Origin: Rhizodiscina lignyota
Taxonomy: Eukaryota
Length of the DNA stretch: 64,000 nucleotides
Assembly (NCBI GenBank): GCA_010015805.1
Contig: ML978124.1
Span: forward strand, 62,001 to 126,000
Reading direction: 5' to 3'
Shown: piece by piece, positions 35,730 through 47,230 of the stretch
Layout of the letters: each line of letters starts with the position of its first letter
Position numbering within the stretch: position 1 is the stretch's first letter
Program-made: the position numbers and the translations under genes
Notes under the pieces: generated by a model
The model's database searches: none
What the model saw: only the letters and a program-made list of their open reading frames with translations
What the model was told of the DNA's origin: nothing

Positions 35730-36953
35730 TATTTCCCTAGGCCACCTGCAGAGTAGTAGAGAATGAGCAGTTTGTCTGTCTTACGAGCCAATTTGTTGCA
35801 TCCAAGCGGTTTAACATTTAAATTTTATCATCTTTCGAGCCAATATTTATGGTCTCTGGCGTGGGTCTAAGGCTATGCCTCTGTTTGGCAACCGATACGA
35901 ATCCGGACTCCGGAATTGCCAGACGACCCAGGTTAGTTGGATTCTTGTTAGATTGCTGTTATTTACATTAAACCCTAGTGTTGAAAGTTTGAATTCGTAG
36001 ATTCTAAATGAATTTGCCGATAGAGTGCTGGCGATTGGCCTATTAGCTGCGGAGCCCCTTAATTCTGAATTCTAGATTGGGTGCTCTCACGAGATCATCC
36101 AGAATCCGAATCCGGAACAGGCCTCGTACCCAATGGGCAGGCAACGGCAAGAGTTCGCAGGCTTCTCGCCGTAACTAAAATTCAATTCGAAAAGTCAAAT
36201 CGTTTGTCAAACAGGGATAGCCTAAAGGGGCTGCGGCAATCTGGAGCGGACACTATTACGGAAATTCTACCATACACGGTGCAATACCCAGATAGGTCCT
36301 GATTCAAAAATAAAAAAGAACCCAGTCGATTAAGTGCGGCTCCTTGGTGTATCGTATCGCTTCATGAAGCTCGATTTATGAGAGTCCTCTCAAAGCTGGG
36401 CCGTTAAAATGCGGGCTCTAAGCTTGAAATTGACCAAAAGAGGACATTCTCACGATGGCTGCATGTGTGGCTCAACTAGTTTCGCCACCCTTGTACGCAC
36501 TGCTTCCATCAACACATCATTTAGCAGTTGAGCCAGATGACACGGTCTGCACAGATGTCCCGAGTCTCCGACTCAAGACACTTGATTCCTGACCCGATCG
36601 GAAGTTGGTCCAGTTCGGTCCTCGGAGTCCAAGGTGATTCTTAGGATATTTCCTGGTATTATTTGTAGTCCTGGCTATATGTTAGCATTGAAGTGAAATT
36701 GTTCAGGAGCAGTAGTGCAGTAAGGTCAGTATTAATTAGAGTCATCGCTCCCTTGGCTTGCGAATGGTAATTCTACGTCAGAGGCATAGATGGGATTCGA
36801 AATAATGCATGGGAATTTCGTCCACAATACTACCAATGTCTTGGATGTGAACCAGATTTGATGATCCTTCAATTCCTAGCTCATTGATCTATGACTCGAT
36901 ATGCTTCAAAATGCAACTATGTGCCGAATTTACAAACCGGGAACACATGATCT

Positions 36954-38543
36954 TCATGGGCTTTTACCGTTCAACAGGGTCGCCGCAGTGGTGATACGGA
37001 TAACTCCAACTCCATTCTCAATGTCGATTTCAGTTCCAAATGGCTGTGAGTATTCCGCTACACTCTCGAGAATCCTCTTAGCGACCTCCGGAGTAGGGCG
37101 TCGGGGTGTCCCCATCTCAGAGCTTGGTCGATTCAACCCCAGATCAGCAGGGTAGAGCAATACCTCCAGCAACTTCCCGCCGACATAGCGACTACTGGCT
37201 AAGATAGCCTCGAAGTTTTCCGGCCTCTGCAACCAAGCCCAACGAGACTCGTTGCTCTCCCCGTCACCAATGACCGGGCCAGTCAAAGAAGCCGGCTCCC
37301 GTTCCGCATCGTCGCGCCAGGAGCGAAACCTTTGATTCTGAAAGACGTAATTATTGATGCCATAGAAGATCGGTTTCCCCTTGTATATCTCCACACCCTT
37401 GAGAGTGTGCACGCCATGGGCAAAGAAAAGATCAGCACCGTTGCCAATAACTTCATGTGCAAATTTGATCTGGTAGTCGGCTGGGTAGTGATCGAAAGAA
37501 TATTTCTGGAAGGTGTAGCGATTTTGATGCCAGTGAATGGTAAAGGCTTCAAAGTCTGAGAATTGTTTACCAGATCGAACCTCGCGCAGGATTTCACGCT
37601 CATCAATCTCGTTCATATCATAGGTGAGTTCCCCTGATGCGGGAGTCACCTTAAAGTGTACTCCAAACGCATCGAGGGTGGTGCCAATGTCTTCTTTACC
37701 GACAATCTTGCGGAGTTCCATCATTTGAGTTTGTGTCACGCCTTGATAGACCTTAAGCCCAAGCGTGTTGTTCTTGAACGTGACCTTGCCCTTCGAATGC
37801 AGATGGTGTTCCAGTCGCCTTCTGATAGAAGCGGCCTCCTCAACAACTGTGTCTGTGGCATTCGGGAGCTGGAAGAGCCGACCGAAAAGAATAACACTAT
37901 CTTCAGGGCCCGACTTGATATCGTCAATAGGATTGGGGACATCCTTGCGCCGTTCGAGGAGGGAATCTTGCATTGCGTGTAGCTGTTGAAGTTGCTCTTT
38001 GTTGACTACAATTGGGTCTCCGGTGGGGATTCTAAACAGTTGAGAGAAATCTGCCACCTCTGCATACGCACCCACGAAACCAACAGCCCCTTTAGGTATC
38101 GAGCGAAATCGAGCAAGTCTTGCCTCACTGACATTGTAATCTGTGCCGACGTAGTCAATGCCCACGCGACGTAGTTGCTCGAAGGTCTGAATCGCGCCGA
38201 GCTCGCCATTGTCGAATGTGTGATTGTTTGCTTTGGACACCATGGCAATGCCCATGGAAGCCCAATCATCCGCAATCTCGGAGGGAGCCTCCATGTGGGA
38301 TACCGGCCCTCGAAATGTGAGTCGGTCGACAATTGTGTTTTCGTTATTGGCCAATGTGATGTCTGCACTTCGCAGCACTCCGACAAGAGCCTGGATGTCT
38401 GGATCATCGCGATTGGAGAACGGAACCATTTGAATGAGATCGCCTACAACCGCAACTGTAAAGGGTTCCTTGATGCGCATGGCAAGTTCGGCTTCCTTGT
38501 CTCGGAAACTCTCCGGAGGCCTCATAGTAAGTGCGTTCGGCAT
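36954..38543 (-). CDS. CapA / PGA_cap (poly-gamma-glutamate synthesis protein A) family metallophosphoesterase-fold protein
   Basis: Intronless 529 aa; VVGD, ANNE, SKANNHTFDNG, IHWH and GADLFFAHGVH..GVEIYKGKPIFYGINNYVFQ are the CapA motifs. Confidence 0.9.
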   Translation of the reverse strand: MPNALTMRPPESFRDKEAELAMRIKEPFTVAVVGDLIQMVPFSNRDDPDIQALVGVLRSADITLANNENTIVDRLTFRGPVSHMEAPSEIADDWASMGIAMVSKANNHTFDNGELGAIQTFEQLRRVGIDYVGTDYNVSEARLARFRSIPKGAVGFVGAYAEVADFSQLFRIPTGDPIVVNKEQLQQLHAMQDSLLERRKDVPNPIDDIKSGPEDSVILFGRLFQLPNATDTVVEEAASIRRRLEHHLHSKGKVTFKNNTLGLKVYQGVTQTQMMELRKIVGKEDIGTTLDAFGVHFKVTPASGELTYDMNEIDEREILREVRSGKQFSDFEAFTIHWHQNRYTFQKYSFDHYPADYQIKFAHEVIGNGADLFFAHGVHTLKGVEIYKGKPIFYGINNYVFQNQRFRSWRDDAEREPASLTGPVIGDGESNESRWAWLQRPENFEAILASSRYVGGKLLEVLLYPADLGLNRPSSEMGTPRRPTPEVAKRILESVAEYSQPFGTEIDIENGVGVIRITTAATLLNGKSP

Positions 38544-39215
38544 TTTGATACTGTAGGGGATAATGGCTCTTTGGCAATTATTATGAAGGTGAGGGGGAAT
38601 CTGGTTCGAGGATCTATTATTTCAAAATCTAAAGGGACAAGTTCAGCTTAAATCAGCCTATTCATGCATTCCATGCCCTTCGTTTAGATAAGTAGATTTT
38701 CATCCGAAAAGCAGTGCGACATACATGATCATCTTGCTCGCCGAAGTTCAGTGTGCTGTGCGTGGTCCGCGCGGATATGATTTGTCAATGGCCTTAGTCC
38801 CAGGAATACAAATTGTATGGAGTCGGTTGAATTTCATGTGGATACCGTGGGAATTTCCATCCTTGGTATAGCTTCAACTGTACTCTAGCCTGAATAGGAA
38901 ATATTTGAGACGCCTGCATAAATGATCAAACGGGAAATCTCTCCGGAGAGTCACCAGCAAGAGACTCTTTCTTAGTGTTTTAATCCTTGCATGTGTCTCC
39001 CATGAGTACGAAGTCCAGACTGTCGGCCTTGCGGGGCCCCAAAGGTCCCGCTTAAGTACGAAATTGGTAAATTTGGCAAGAATCAGTATATAATTATCTC
39101 ATTCATCACGCTTGTCTGGGTCGATCTCAATATTTGATTGTGACAACTTCCCAAGGAAGGGACATTATTATCTAACTTCTTGCTTGTCAATCTTTCCAAA
39201 GTCCTAAGTCTAGAA

Positions 39216-41006
39216 ATGACCTCATCCGTCGGGAAGGTAGAAGATAAGGGGGTCGTTCAGATCGAATTCCAGACTTCAGAAACAAAAGAAGTCTCTGGCT
39301 TCATCTATGAAGATCCAAAGAAAGCACCAAGACCACGTCCAGAAGAGCGTCGACTTGTCTTCAAGGCCGATCTGTTGATTGTTGGGCTGACTTCGTTAGT
39401 CTTCCTGGTGAATCAGTGGGTGAGTGATGCCTTAACTGTCTATTCATACCACTTTTCCCGTTGATGAATACTACTGCAGGATCGAGGCAACATTGGCAAC
39501 GCACGTGTGATGGGCTTTCAAAAGGACTCGAACATCAGATGGCCAGTTCTACAACGCCATCTCTCTATACTGTCTGTCTCTCATTCTCTTGTTGTTCATC
39601 ATCATATGATTGCTAACTGGAGGAAAGACATTGGATATGTCATCTGCATCTTGCCAGCTAATTTGTCTGTCCGCTTTCTCAAACCCCATCGCCAGATTGG
39701 CGGCTGCGTAGTGCTCTTCGCAATACTTTCGTGTTGTATGGCAGATGCAAAAAACGCTGGCACGGTTCTGGCCTTGCGAATTATCTTCGGCTTCATCTCA
39801 GCGTTCCTCCAAGCGTTGACAATCTATACCAGCATGTGGTATAAAAAAAATGAGTTGGCAACACGTACCGGTACGTGGTTTTTGTTCTCCCCTAGCATTT
39901 GCCACCTATTATGTGTCGTGGTGTCTAAATGAGCTAGGGATTTTCTATTCTGCCGCTACCATTGCTGGCGGTTTCAGCGGACTCATTGACTATGCAATCC
40001 AAAAAAACCTTGATGGTGCACTAGGTCATTCAGCTTGGCAATGGCTGTTCATTATTGAAGGCATTGCCGGTGTCTTCGTTGGCCTTTGTTGCTGGATTCT
40101 CCTACCTCCGGCTCCAGATCAAATGAAGAGAAACCACTGGATATTCAGTGAAAAGGAAATCGAGATCGCCATCAGTCGGATGAAGAGTTACAACGTTGAA
40201 CATGCTGAGGTTCAATGGAAGCAGATCTGGCTTGCAGTCAAAGATCCTAAGACGACTCTGTTTTCATTCATGAATGCTGGAACATCTTTAGCGTTGGCTT
40301 CTATTAGTGCGTTCCTTCCGACCTTCATCGCCCAATTTGGATATTCAAAGGGTAAGTTGTTCCTCCGGGCAGCTTATTATGATGATGTCATGCTCATATT
40401 GCCTCAGTTCGAACGCAGCTGTTTTCAGTAATCCCGTACGCTTGCGCCTTCGTCACGTTGATCGTCGTCAATATCTGGTCCGACAAAGTCAACCGCAAAG
40501 GCGTGTTCCTTATGGGCCTGCTCTGCACCAGCTCAGTTGGATACGTCATCCTGATTGCGGTGCATAATGTGAAGGTGAAAATATTCGCTACATGCTTGAT
40601 CACCATGGGTACTTTTCCTGGTGTGACAATTCTGGGGGCCTGGACCAGTATCAATACTGGCGGCTTTACCAAGCGTGCATCCACTTGGGGCATTGCTGAG
40701 GTCACTGGTCAATGCCTCGCCATTCTTGGATCGCACATTTATACGAACCCGCCGCAATACATTAAAGGCCACTCTATTGCCCTGGCATTCAACCTTCTTG
40801 CCTTGATCGCGGTGATTATCTGCTGGTTCTGGATGCGCTGGCTTAATCAACCGAAGGAAAAGGAGGCACTCGAACATGCTGAGTATTGGCCGACTCCCAA
40901 GTTTCGAAACGACGCTAGGGCCGGGCCCTTGCCGCTGTATATATACCAGAAGGAACTTTCCCTCAGAGCCCTGTTGGGCAATGTAGTTTTTTGTTCTGTG
41001 GTTTAA
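39216..41006 (+). pseudogene. ACS-family MFS transporter with apparent frameshift and aberrant C-terminus
   Basis: ERRLVFKAD, DRGNIGNA, WYKKNELATR, AWQWLFIIEG and GGFTKRA; frame slips near 39537 (DGQFYNAISLY lies in another frame); similarity fades after about 40880. Confidence 0.65.
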
Positions 41007-41019
41007 CACCGCAAAACGG

Positions 41020-42700
41020 TCAGACGTGGCGTTCGACTGTGGCGGTGCAATGTCAACAATCGAAAGCTCCGGTCTTTGACAAATTCCTTCTTTTTACCGA
41101 TACCCACAACCCAAACACATCAGTCAAAAAACTTCAGTTCGCCTACAGATTTTGTGACTCTTTGGAGTTAACCATACCGTCGCGAGCAAAGTAAGCTCGT
41201 GGAGCAGATCATACATGTCGTGATCATTCAGGGCATCTGGAATAAAGTAAGTATTGTACTGATCTTTCCGAATTCTAAAAGACCATTAATGATTTATCAG
41301 AACAAGCCACAACTTGTATCCCTGGCAGACAGAGCGATGCAATAGGGCCTGTCCTTGGCTATGAGAACAATGTTTATGCTAACATAGGGCTGATTCTTGC
41401 GTCCTAACCCTTCCGCATTTGAGAGATACCAGAATGTACGGACCCTCGATCCGGATTTCTTCGACTCAGGGATGTATGCGCCTCACACAGTTCCAGTTTA
41501 ATTGATCAAGCAGTGCGGTAAAAATCTCAATCGCTCCCGATCCGCCGCCTGTCGATCACGATTCAAAAGCGTTCATTGAGGAAGCAATCTGTGCCCATAG
41601 AGATGTCGTATACACGGCAAGGATAGTCTCCAATCACCCCTCGAAGCATGGCAAGTGAGGATAAGCAAGTGGACAGAGGGCGAGGAGAGCCCGAATATTG
41701 TGGAATGAAAGTCGCGAGCCTTGGGATAATCGTGATCATCGCTGCACTTTGCGATTGCTCCACGGTGGTGTCGCCGATGCCGATCTTCTTCTTCAACAAT
41801 GGCTTGACATGCGAACTTGGCGCGTGAACTTGACGATTTCGTCTGACAAAATCGTGGTTTCCCCAGAGCAAAATATGTCGAGGGTAAAATGGAGTGACAA
41901 TGGGCAAGAGTTAGCTTTCAGGAGACTAATAACGACCCCTCCAACGTCAAAGTGGACGTCTACATCAAAGTCCAAATGTAGAACAACAGGCCCAATTACC
42001 GGTATGAGATGATCGGACTGGATCCTCACCTCAAAGGTGATCCTCCACTGAGTCCTCTACCGAGAGAGGGCTTCGTGCGGCAAAATCGTCTCTCGGCGCT
42101 GTGTCGGAAAAAGCATGGCACGGAGCAAAGAACTTCTCGCGACGGGTCTGGATCTAGAAGCATACAATTATCGCAGTCAAGAAATGTCATACACTTGGCG
42201 AGCTGAAGAGGGCACAGAATGCCCAGAACCCTGCAAGTTCGAAATGTGCAACGGGACAAATGATTCATACCTGCAATGGATGTTCCGCTTGTTTCAACGA
42301 TCTGCGGCACTTTCCTGGCGGCAGCATCAAATTGGACGAAGGATGGGTTCCCTTTTCCTTGAACGGCGAATCGAAACCAAGGTTTGCCGGACTGAAGGAG
42401 ATACTGGAGGGGATGGATTCGACATGGCCAAGCTCAGGTGTATTACAACTCCGTCTCGACGTCTGCAGCATCTTTCAATGTCCGGCCAAGACCATTGGCG
42501 GTTGTCGGCTGTCTCCTGAGAATCTTTCCATTGAACCCATAATCACCTTAGATGCCGAACAAACACCTCACATCTAGACAGGCTCAGACAAGCAACGGGT
42601 TGAATGCAAACTTTCGCTCGGCGATACAGATTGTTCTTGATTGTAAGCAACGAGAGCCGCTTGAAGAGGAAGAAGTCATGAGACCAATCGCACCACACAG
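41020..42700 (+). pseudogene. Degraded multi-exon gene of unknown family
   Basis: Several GTAAG..CAG/TAG intron-like segments at 41190-41400 and protein-like ORF pieces in shifting frames (41698-42012, 42009-42206, 42115-42519, 42260-42577). Confidence 0.35.
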
Positions 42701-43759
42701 GCTAAGAGGCTACTTTTCATTGCCACCATCCATTGTGGTGTGCCACGACAGCTTCGGGTCGGAAAGACGTGATGGGAGCAGTTCGAACAACTCGCTAGTT
42801 GATCTCTTCCATTCCGTCGCCATTAGATCCATCTTCCAAAAGGAACATGCCTCGCACCGGTAGACTGCTTCTTCAACTGATGATCATAATGCGGAAGGTC
42901 GCATTCATTGCAAAGGCAAAGTTACCGCCTGTCTGCAACACCTTGGCTTCATCGAGAGCGACATCGACGCCAAATCGGTCGATCTTTCTGGGCCGCTGGA
43001 GGACCTTCAGAAGTCTGAGTGCTTCCCAAAAACCTGCACATTCAACGTTACCTACGGATCGCAATGACGGACTCAGCCCGTTGGGTAGCCCTGAAGCTTC
43101 CACTCATCTTCGGCGTGGAAGCCACGACCCGGGGAGGATTCTTGGCCAATCGATGGTGTGGGAAATGCTCTCACCCACACTTCAACCCCTAAGAAAACCT
43201 GAAATATCAAAGTTGTCAGCGATCCTCATGTCACATCGAGGATGAGAGACGTCAAACTTGAATTCGATTAACTGAACGTTCCTCTCATCCATCTAATGGT
43301 GCAGGCCGGCCGATCACGTGATTATGCGACAGCCGCTTCCGTGTGATCTTCGGCCCATAAAAAAAAAGAGTTAGACGAGTTTCAGTTTGCCGCGTCGGAT
43401 AGCCACTTATCTGAGGATCAACTGCCAAATGAAGCACTTGTGACTCAACGCTTCCGTCGCCTCGCGAAATGTTTCTCGTTTGTTGGTGAGCACCTGCCTT
43501 TCGACGGCTCCTGCCTCTGCATGTGCTCTGCTGCCTGCCATCCCATCCCGTTGCGGTGACTGCGAACGCGTCGTCCGAAGTCGGGACCGGCGTCAGGTGC
43601 GCATATTGGCTTCACGCACGCCATCATTGGCTTTCGGCATCGGACGATTGCGCCTTTTCTGGTCATTTGGCGGTGAATCGGCGGTGGATCGGTGGGTCCA
43701 GCCCCTTCACAGCGGCAGTTGCACCGTCCGATCGCCGCCCGACCCCTGTTACCCTCTTG

Positions 43760-43768
43760 ATATATAAA
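43760..43768 (+). promoter_or_regulatory. TATA box of the U2 snRNA gene
   Basis: TATATAAA followed by a pyrimidine tract about 45 nt upstream of the U2 5' end. Confidence 0.6.
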
Positions 43769-43807
43769 CCTCTCCCTCTTCCCTCCAACTCTCTCTTTTC
43801 TTTCCTT

Positions 43808-43994
43808 AGCTCTCTTTGCCTTTTGGCTTAGATCAAGTGTAGTATCTGTTCTTTTCAGTTTAATCTCTGAAACGAGGCTACGGCCTCATATTCAAGATTA
43901 ATCTTATTTTTGGACCCGGGGGGGATTCCTCTGTGCATGCACATGTTTCCTCCCACAGTGTCGCCGGTATTGCACTACCTCCGGCTGACGCGAC
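43808..43994 (+). ncRNA. U2: U2 spliceosomal snRNA
   Basis: CTCTTTGCCTTTTGGCTTAGATCAAGTGTAGTATCTGTTCTTTTCAGTTTAATCTCTGAAA 5' domain, branch-point pairing GTAGTA (43839-43844), Sm site ATTTTTG, and 3' stem-loop IV with loop ATTGCACTAC; ends approximate. Confidence 0.96.
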
Positions 43995-44359
43995 CCTCTT
44001 GTCTTCTTTTCATTGATCCTTCCGCCTGGTGTGGGAGATTGACGAAGAGTTTGATTTTGAAGATCGAATGAATATCAACCCACTGCTCGCTTGGGACACT
44101 GGCTCTTAACCTCATCGTCTTGTGCGCTTTCAATGGCCCCGGCAACATCAAGTCCGATATCTCCGGCACACGGCTCTCTTAAGGACGTAAGAACAGCCAG
44201 CTTAATTTTCAACATGACAGGCAGCAGCTGCGTTGGAATCGCCACGAAAGACATGGTGCATCACGCTCAATGGTTCTGTCCAGAGTGCATCACTGGTACC
44301 TGGACTCCAGATGGAAACGCTTCAAGCTCGCTTCACCTGGAAATGCCTTGTGTGCCGGC

Positions 44360-45035
44360 AAGGCAGCACTGTCTCCCATTCTCAAATCTATGTGAGTTTG
44401 GGTCAACCTGGCGGGCTCTACCGAAGGTACATGCGGAGTGCTGGAAAGACACAGCGCCCGTGGTCGATACCATTTGATTCCACTCAAGCTTCGCACTACG
44501 CATGAAGATCATGATCACTAGCCGCATCGAAGACTCTATGGAAGCGTGATGGGTCGGATCCAATGGCTCAGTCCAGAATGCATACTTCTGCGAGCATGTC
44601 GGATGGAAGCAGATCGAACTTGGAGCGCTGGACAATGCCATCATTGGCAAGATTAAAGCCATGTCCCGAGTTCTAAATAGCACGGAGGTCTGGTGGATTG
44701 CTTTAGATGGCTCAGTATGTGATAAGTTCTGGTGTGAAGATGCTCGATGGGAGCGGTCTGAGATCACACCAGCAGGAAGTGCCGCTGTTGGCACCAGCAT
44801 CGCTGCAACAAGGCTTCCTCTGACCTCCATGGACCTGTGGTGGATAGCCAAGGATAGCTGGATGCAAGACGCATACTTTTACGAGAGTACCGGATGGAAA
44901 GGCTTCGATCTCGCTTCAGCTGGGAAGTGCTGCAACTGGACGCATCGAGGCGGTGTTTGGAAGTGTGTTGGACTTCACCACCAGATTGTGCATTCCAGGG
45001 CACGCATTGGTACGATGCCGTTCACATGGCGGTGA
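44360..45035 (+). pseudogene. Fucose-lectin-like (AAL-type) beta-propeller repeat pseudogene
   Basis: Repeats SRIEDSMEA*WVGSNGSVQNAYF, SRVLNSTEVWWIALDGSVCDKFW and SMDLWWIAKDSWMQDAYFYESTGW; in-frame TGA at 44547-44549 and a further broken repeat upstream. Confidence 0.7.
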
Positions 45036-45247
45036 TTCCAGCCCGGGGCCAGCAAAGTTTGATGTGATTTGTGGTTACAGTGCGAATCCCAGGTGCGATG
45101 GAAGTCTGCTTCTCAGTGCCTGCGAGATCAGAGCTGGACTTTGCATTCGTTCTCCAAAATACAGACACCGATTGCAGTTGTCGAAATTTTGAACAAATGG
45201 CATTACTCATAAACTGTATGACCGATCTATGAATTCCACAGCGTGAT

Positions 45248-46539
45248 TTAATTTCCAAACGCATCTTTCAAGCACTGCTCAGTATCGTTCTCCAGATCTC
45301 TGCAGTAAAGCCACGTCTGGTCCACCCCGCTACCCCAAGTCTCCATCTCTAACTTCTCTCTCTCTTCCTTCGGTAGCGTCGTCTTGTTTAACAGCTGCGT
45401 CAATTTCTTCACTCCGTCGACTCGTGCATTCCTCATCTTCTCCCACGCATCCAATGACTTATTCCACTCTCTCCCCTTCGCCACCTCAGCTAGCACAATC
45501 GTAAACGAATATGCATCCTCGAGCGCCTGGCTTGCGCCCTGTCCCGCTGTGGGAGGAACAGCGTGTGCCGCATCGCCCAGAATAACGACACGGCCTTGCT
45601 CCGACGACCATTTACTCAATCGCGGGACGTTGTAGAACGGCCAGATCGCCACCGTTTCTTCCGGCACCGCTTCCATGGCAGATTGTACAATGTCTGGCCA
45701 GGCATCCTTATCCTTGCAGAACATCGAAAGTAACTTGGCTTTGTCGCGAGCGAGCTCATCCCAGCCTGCGTGATCCTGCTCTGGGTACAAAGCTACCGTA
45801 CCAGCAAAAATGGTACTACCTTCACCGTCCTGTGGTGCCATGATGAAAGTTCCAGGCTTGCTTTGTACTGCAACCGGAAGTGGATAGTCAGGATGTTCCG
45901 GCGGCATACGGAGTGCGGAACGGGGAAACGCGCAATTGATGCTGATCATTCCTGCATAAACGGGTCGCGCAGACGGATTGATGCATCGTCGGACAGTGGA
46001 GTGGATGCCATCTGTACCGATGAGCAAGGAGCAGTGCTTTGTAGTGCTGTCCTCGAATGCAAACTCAACGCCATCTTCGGTCTCCGAAACCACATGCGAG
46101 AATTTGGCGCCATAGAACACCGGGATGCCAGCATCGTTGATCTCAAACCGCAGATGATCTAGCAAGCCTCTTCTGTATAATCGCAAGCAATCGTACCCGA
46201 AAAGCTCCTTGCTGCCGAGATAGTATTCGTCGGTGGTCTCGTGAGCGTTGTTCTTGAAAATCATCTTCTGGAAACTGAACCCCTTGGGCTCGAGGTCTTC
46301 GTAGACACCAAGTTTATCGAGTATTCTCAGAGCGTTTGGTGAGAGGATAAGAGCTCCTGTCGTTCGGTAGATGGTCGAGCGCACCTCATAGATTTTGCAT
46401 GGGATTCCACGTGCGTGAAGGGTCAGCGCCAATGTCATTCCCTGGCGAGAATTAGCGAATTGAAAGAAAGCCCCTGCTCATGGTCACTGACTGCAACACC
46501 GCACCCAATGATTGCGATGTCCTTTGTTGGCGAAGACAT
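45248..46539 (-). CDS. FAD-dependent monooxygenase (salicylate hydroxylase / kynurenine monooxygenase-like, class A)
   Basis: ATG 46539, one intron giving IAIIGCGVAG (GxGxxG); LIGTDGIHSTVR (DG motif); ILGDAAHAVPPTAGQGASQALED (GD motif). Confidence 0.92.
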
Positions 46540-47230
46540 CTTTCCAAACTCCTGACCGGTCGGATAGTTCTAACTGAAGCAATGCTTTCAAGGACCTCAG
46601 GATGATGGTTCGAGCTGGCAAGGAACTCTGCCAGTGCTTTTCAGGTGGATAATGGTTTGAATGGAGCTTTCGAATTGAGGACATGACTACGTTCTTATGT
46701 GATCCTCGAATATGAGACAACGGCTTGTGTGCAGTCGAAGGGCGTCCTATGTTGCGAGATTTTGCGAGTAATGTTCTTCTTCAACTGCTATTTTTGAATA
46801 GTTGAAGAGAACATTCCTCTGGAATTGACCAATGTATTCGACTCGCTTCAAGATATTCTCCGATCGATACTCGGTTCTTCCGAGCATGCTTGCTGACTGA
46901 TGCTTCGCTCTAGAGCCAAGTACGGCTAGTTTGTTAACCCTAATAATCCTATGCTCCGCGTTTCGGACTGTCCGGTCGCTCTTGCCATTGCGGTTTGACT
47001 CTGTAGTGATGGATGTCATATAACAATGGTAGAGAAGGGCGTTGAAGTTTCATTATCCAGTCTTCAGCTTCGCATTCAATAAAAAGGATCCAGCCCGGGC
47101 TTGATTTTCGACAGTCCAGCGTCTGACCAAATCACTCATCAAGTCGAACAAACATCTTCACTCCCTCACAACATCCGACATTCCAGATCGATCTGAATTA
47201 GATTTCGAGAGCTCTTCCATCTCATTCAGT

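Noticed and set aside
36954..38543. Bacterial contamination, or a complete poly-gamma-glutamate capsule pathway
   Set aside because: Contiguous with intron-containing fungal genes, and capB/capC are absent.
43740..43810. Solo LTR suggested by TATATAAA plus a CT-rich tract
   Set aside because: Explained as the U2 promoter; no TG..CA boundaries, target-site duplication or second copy seen.
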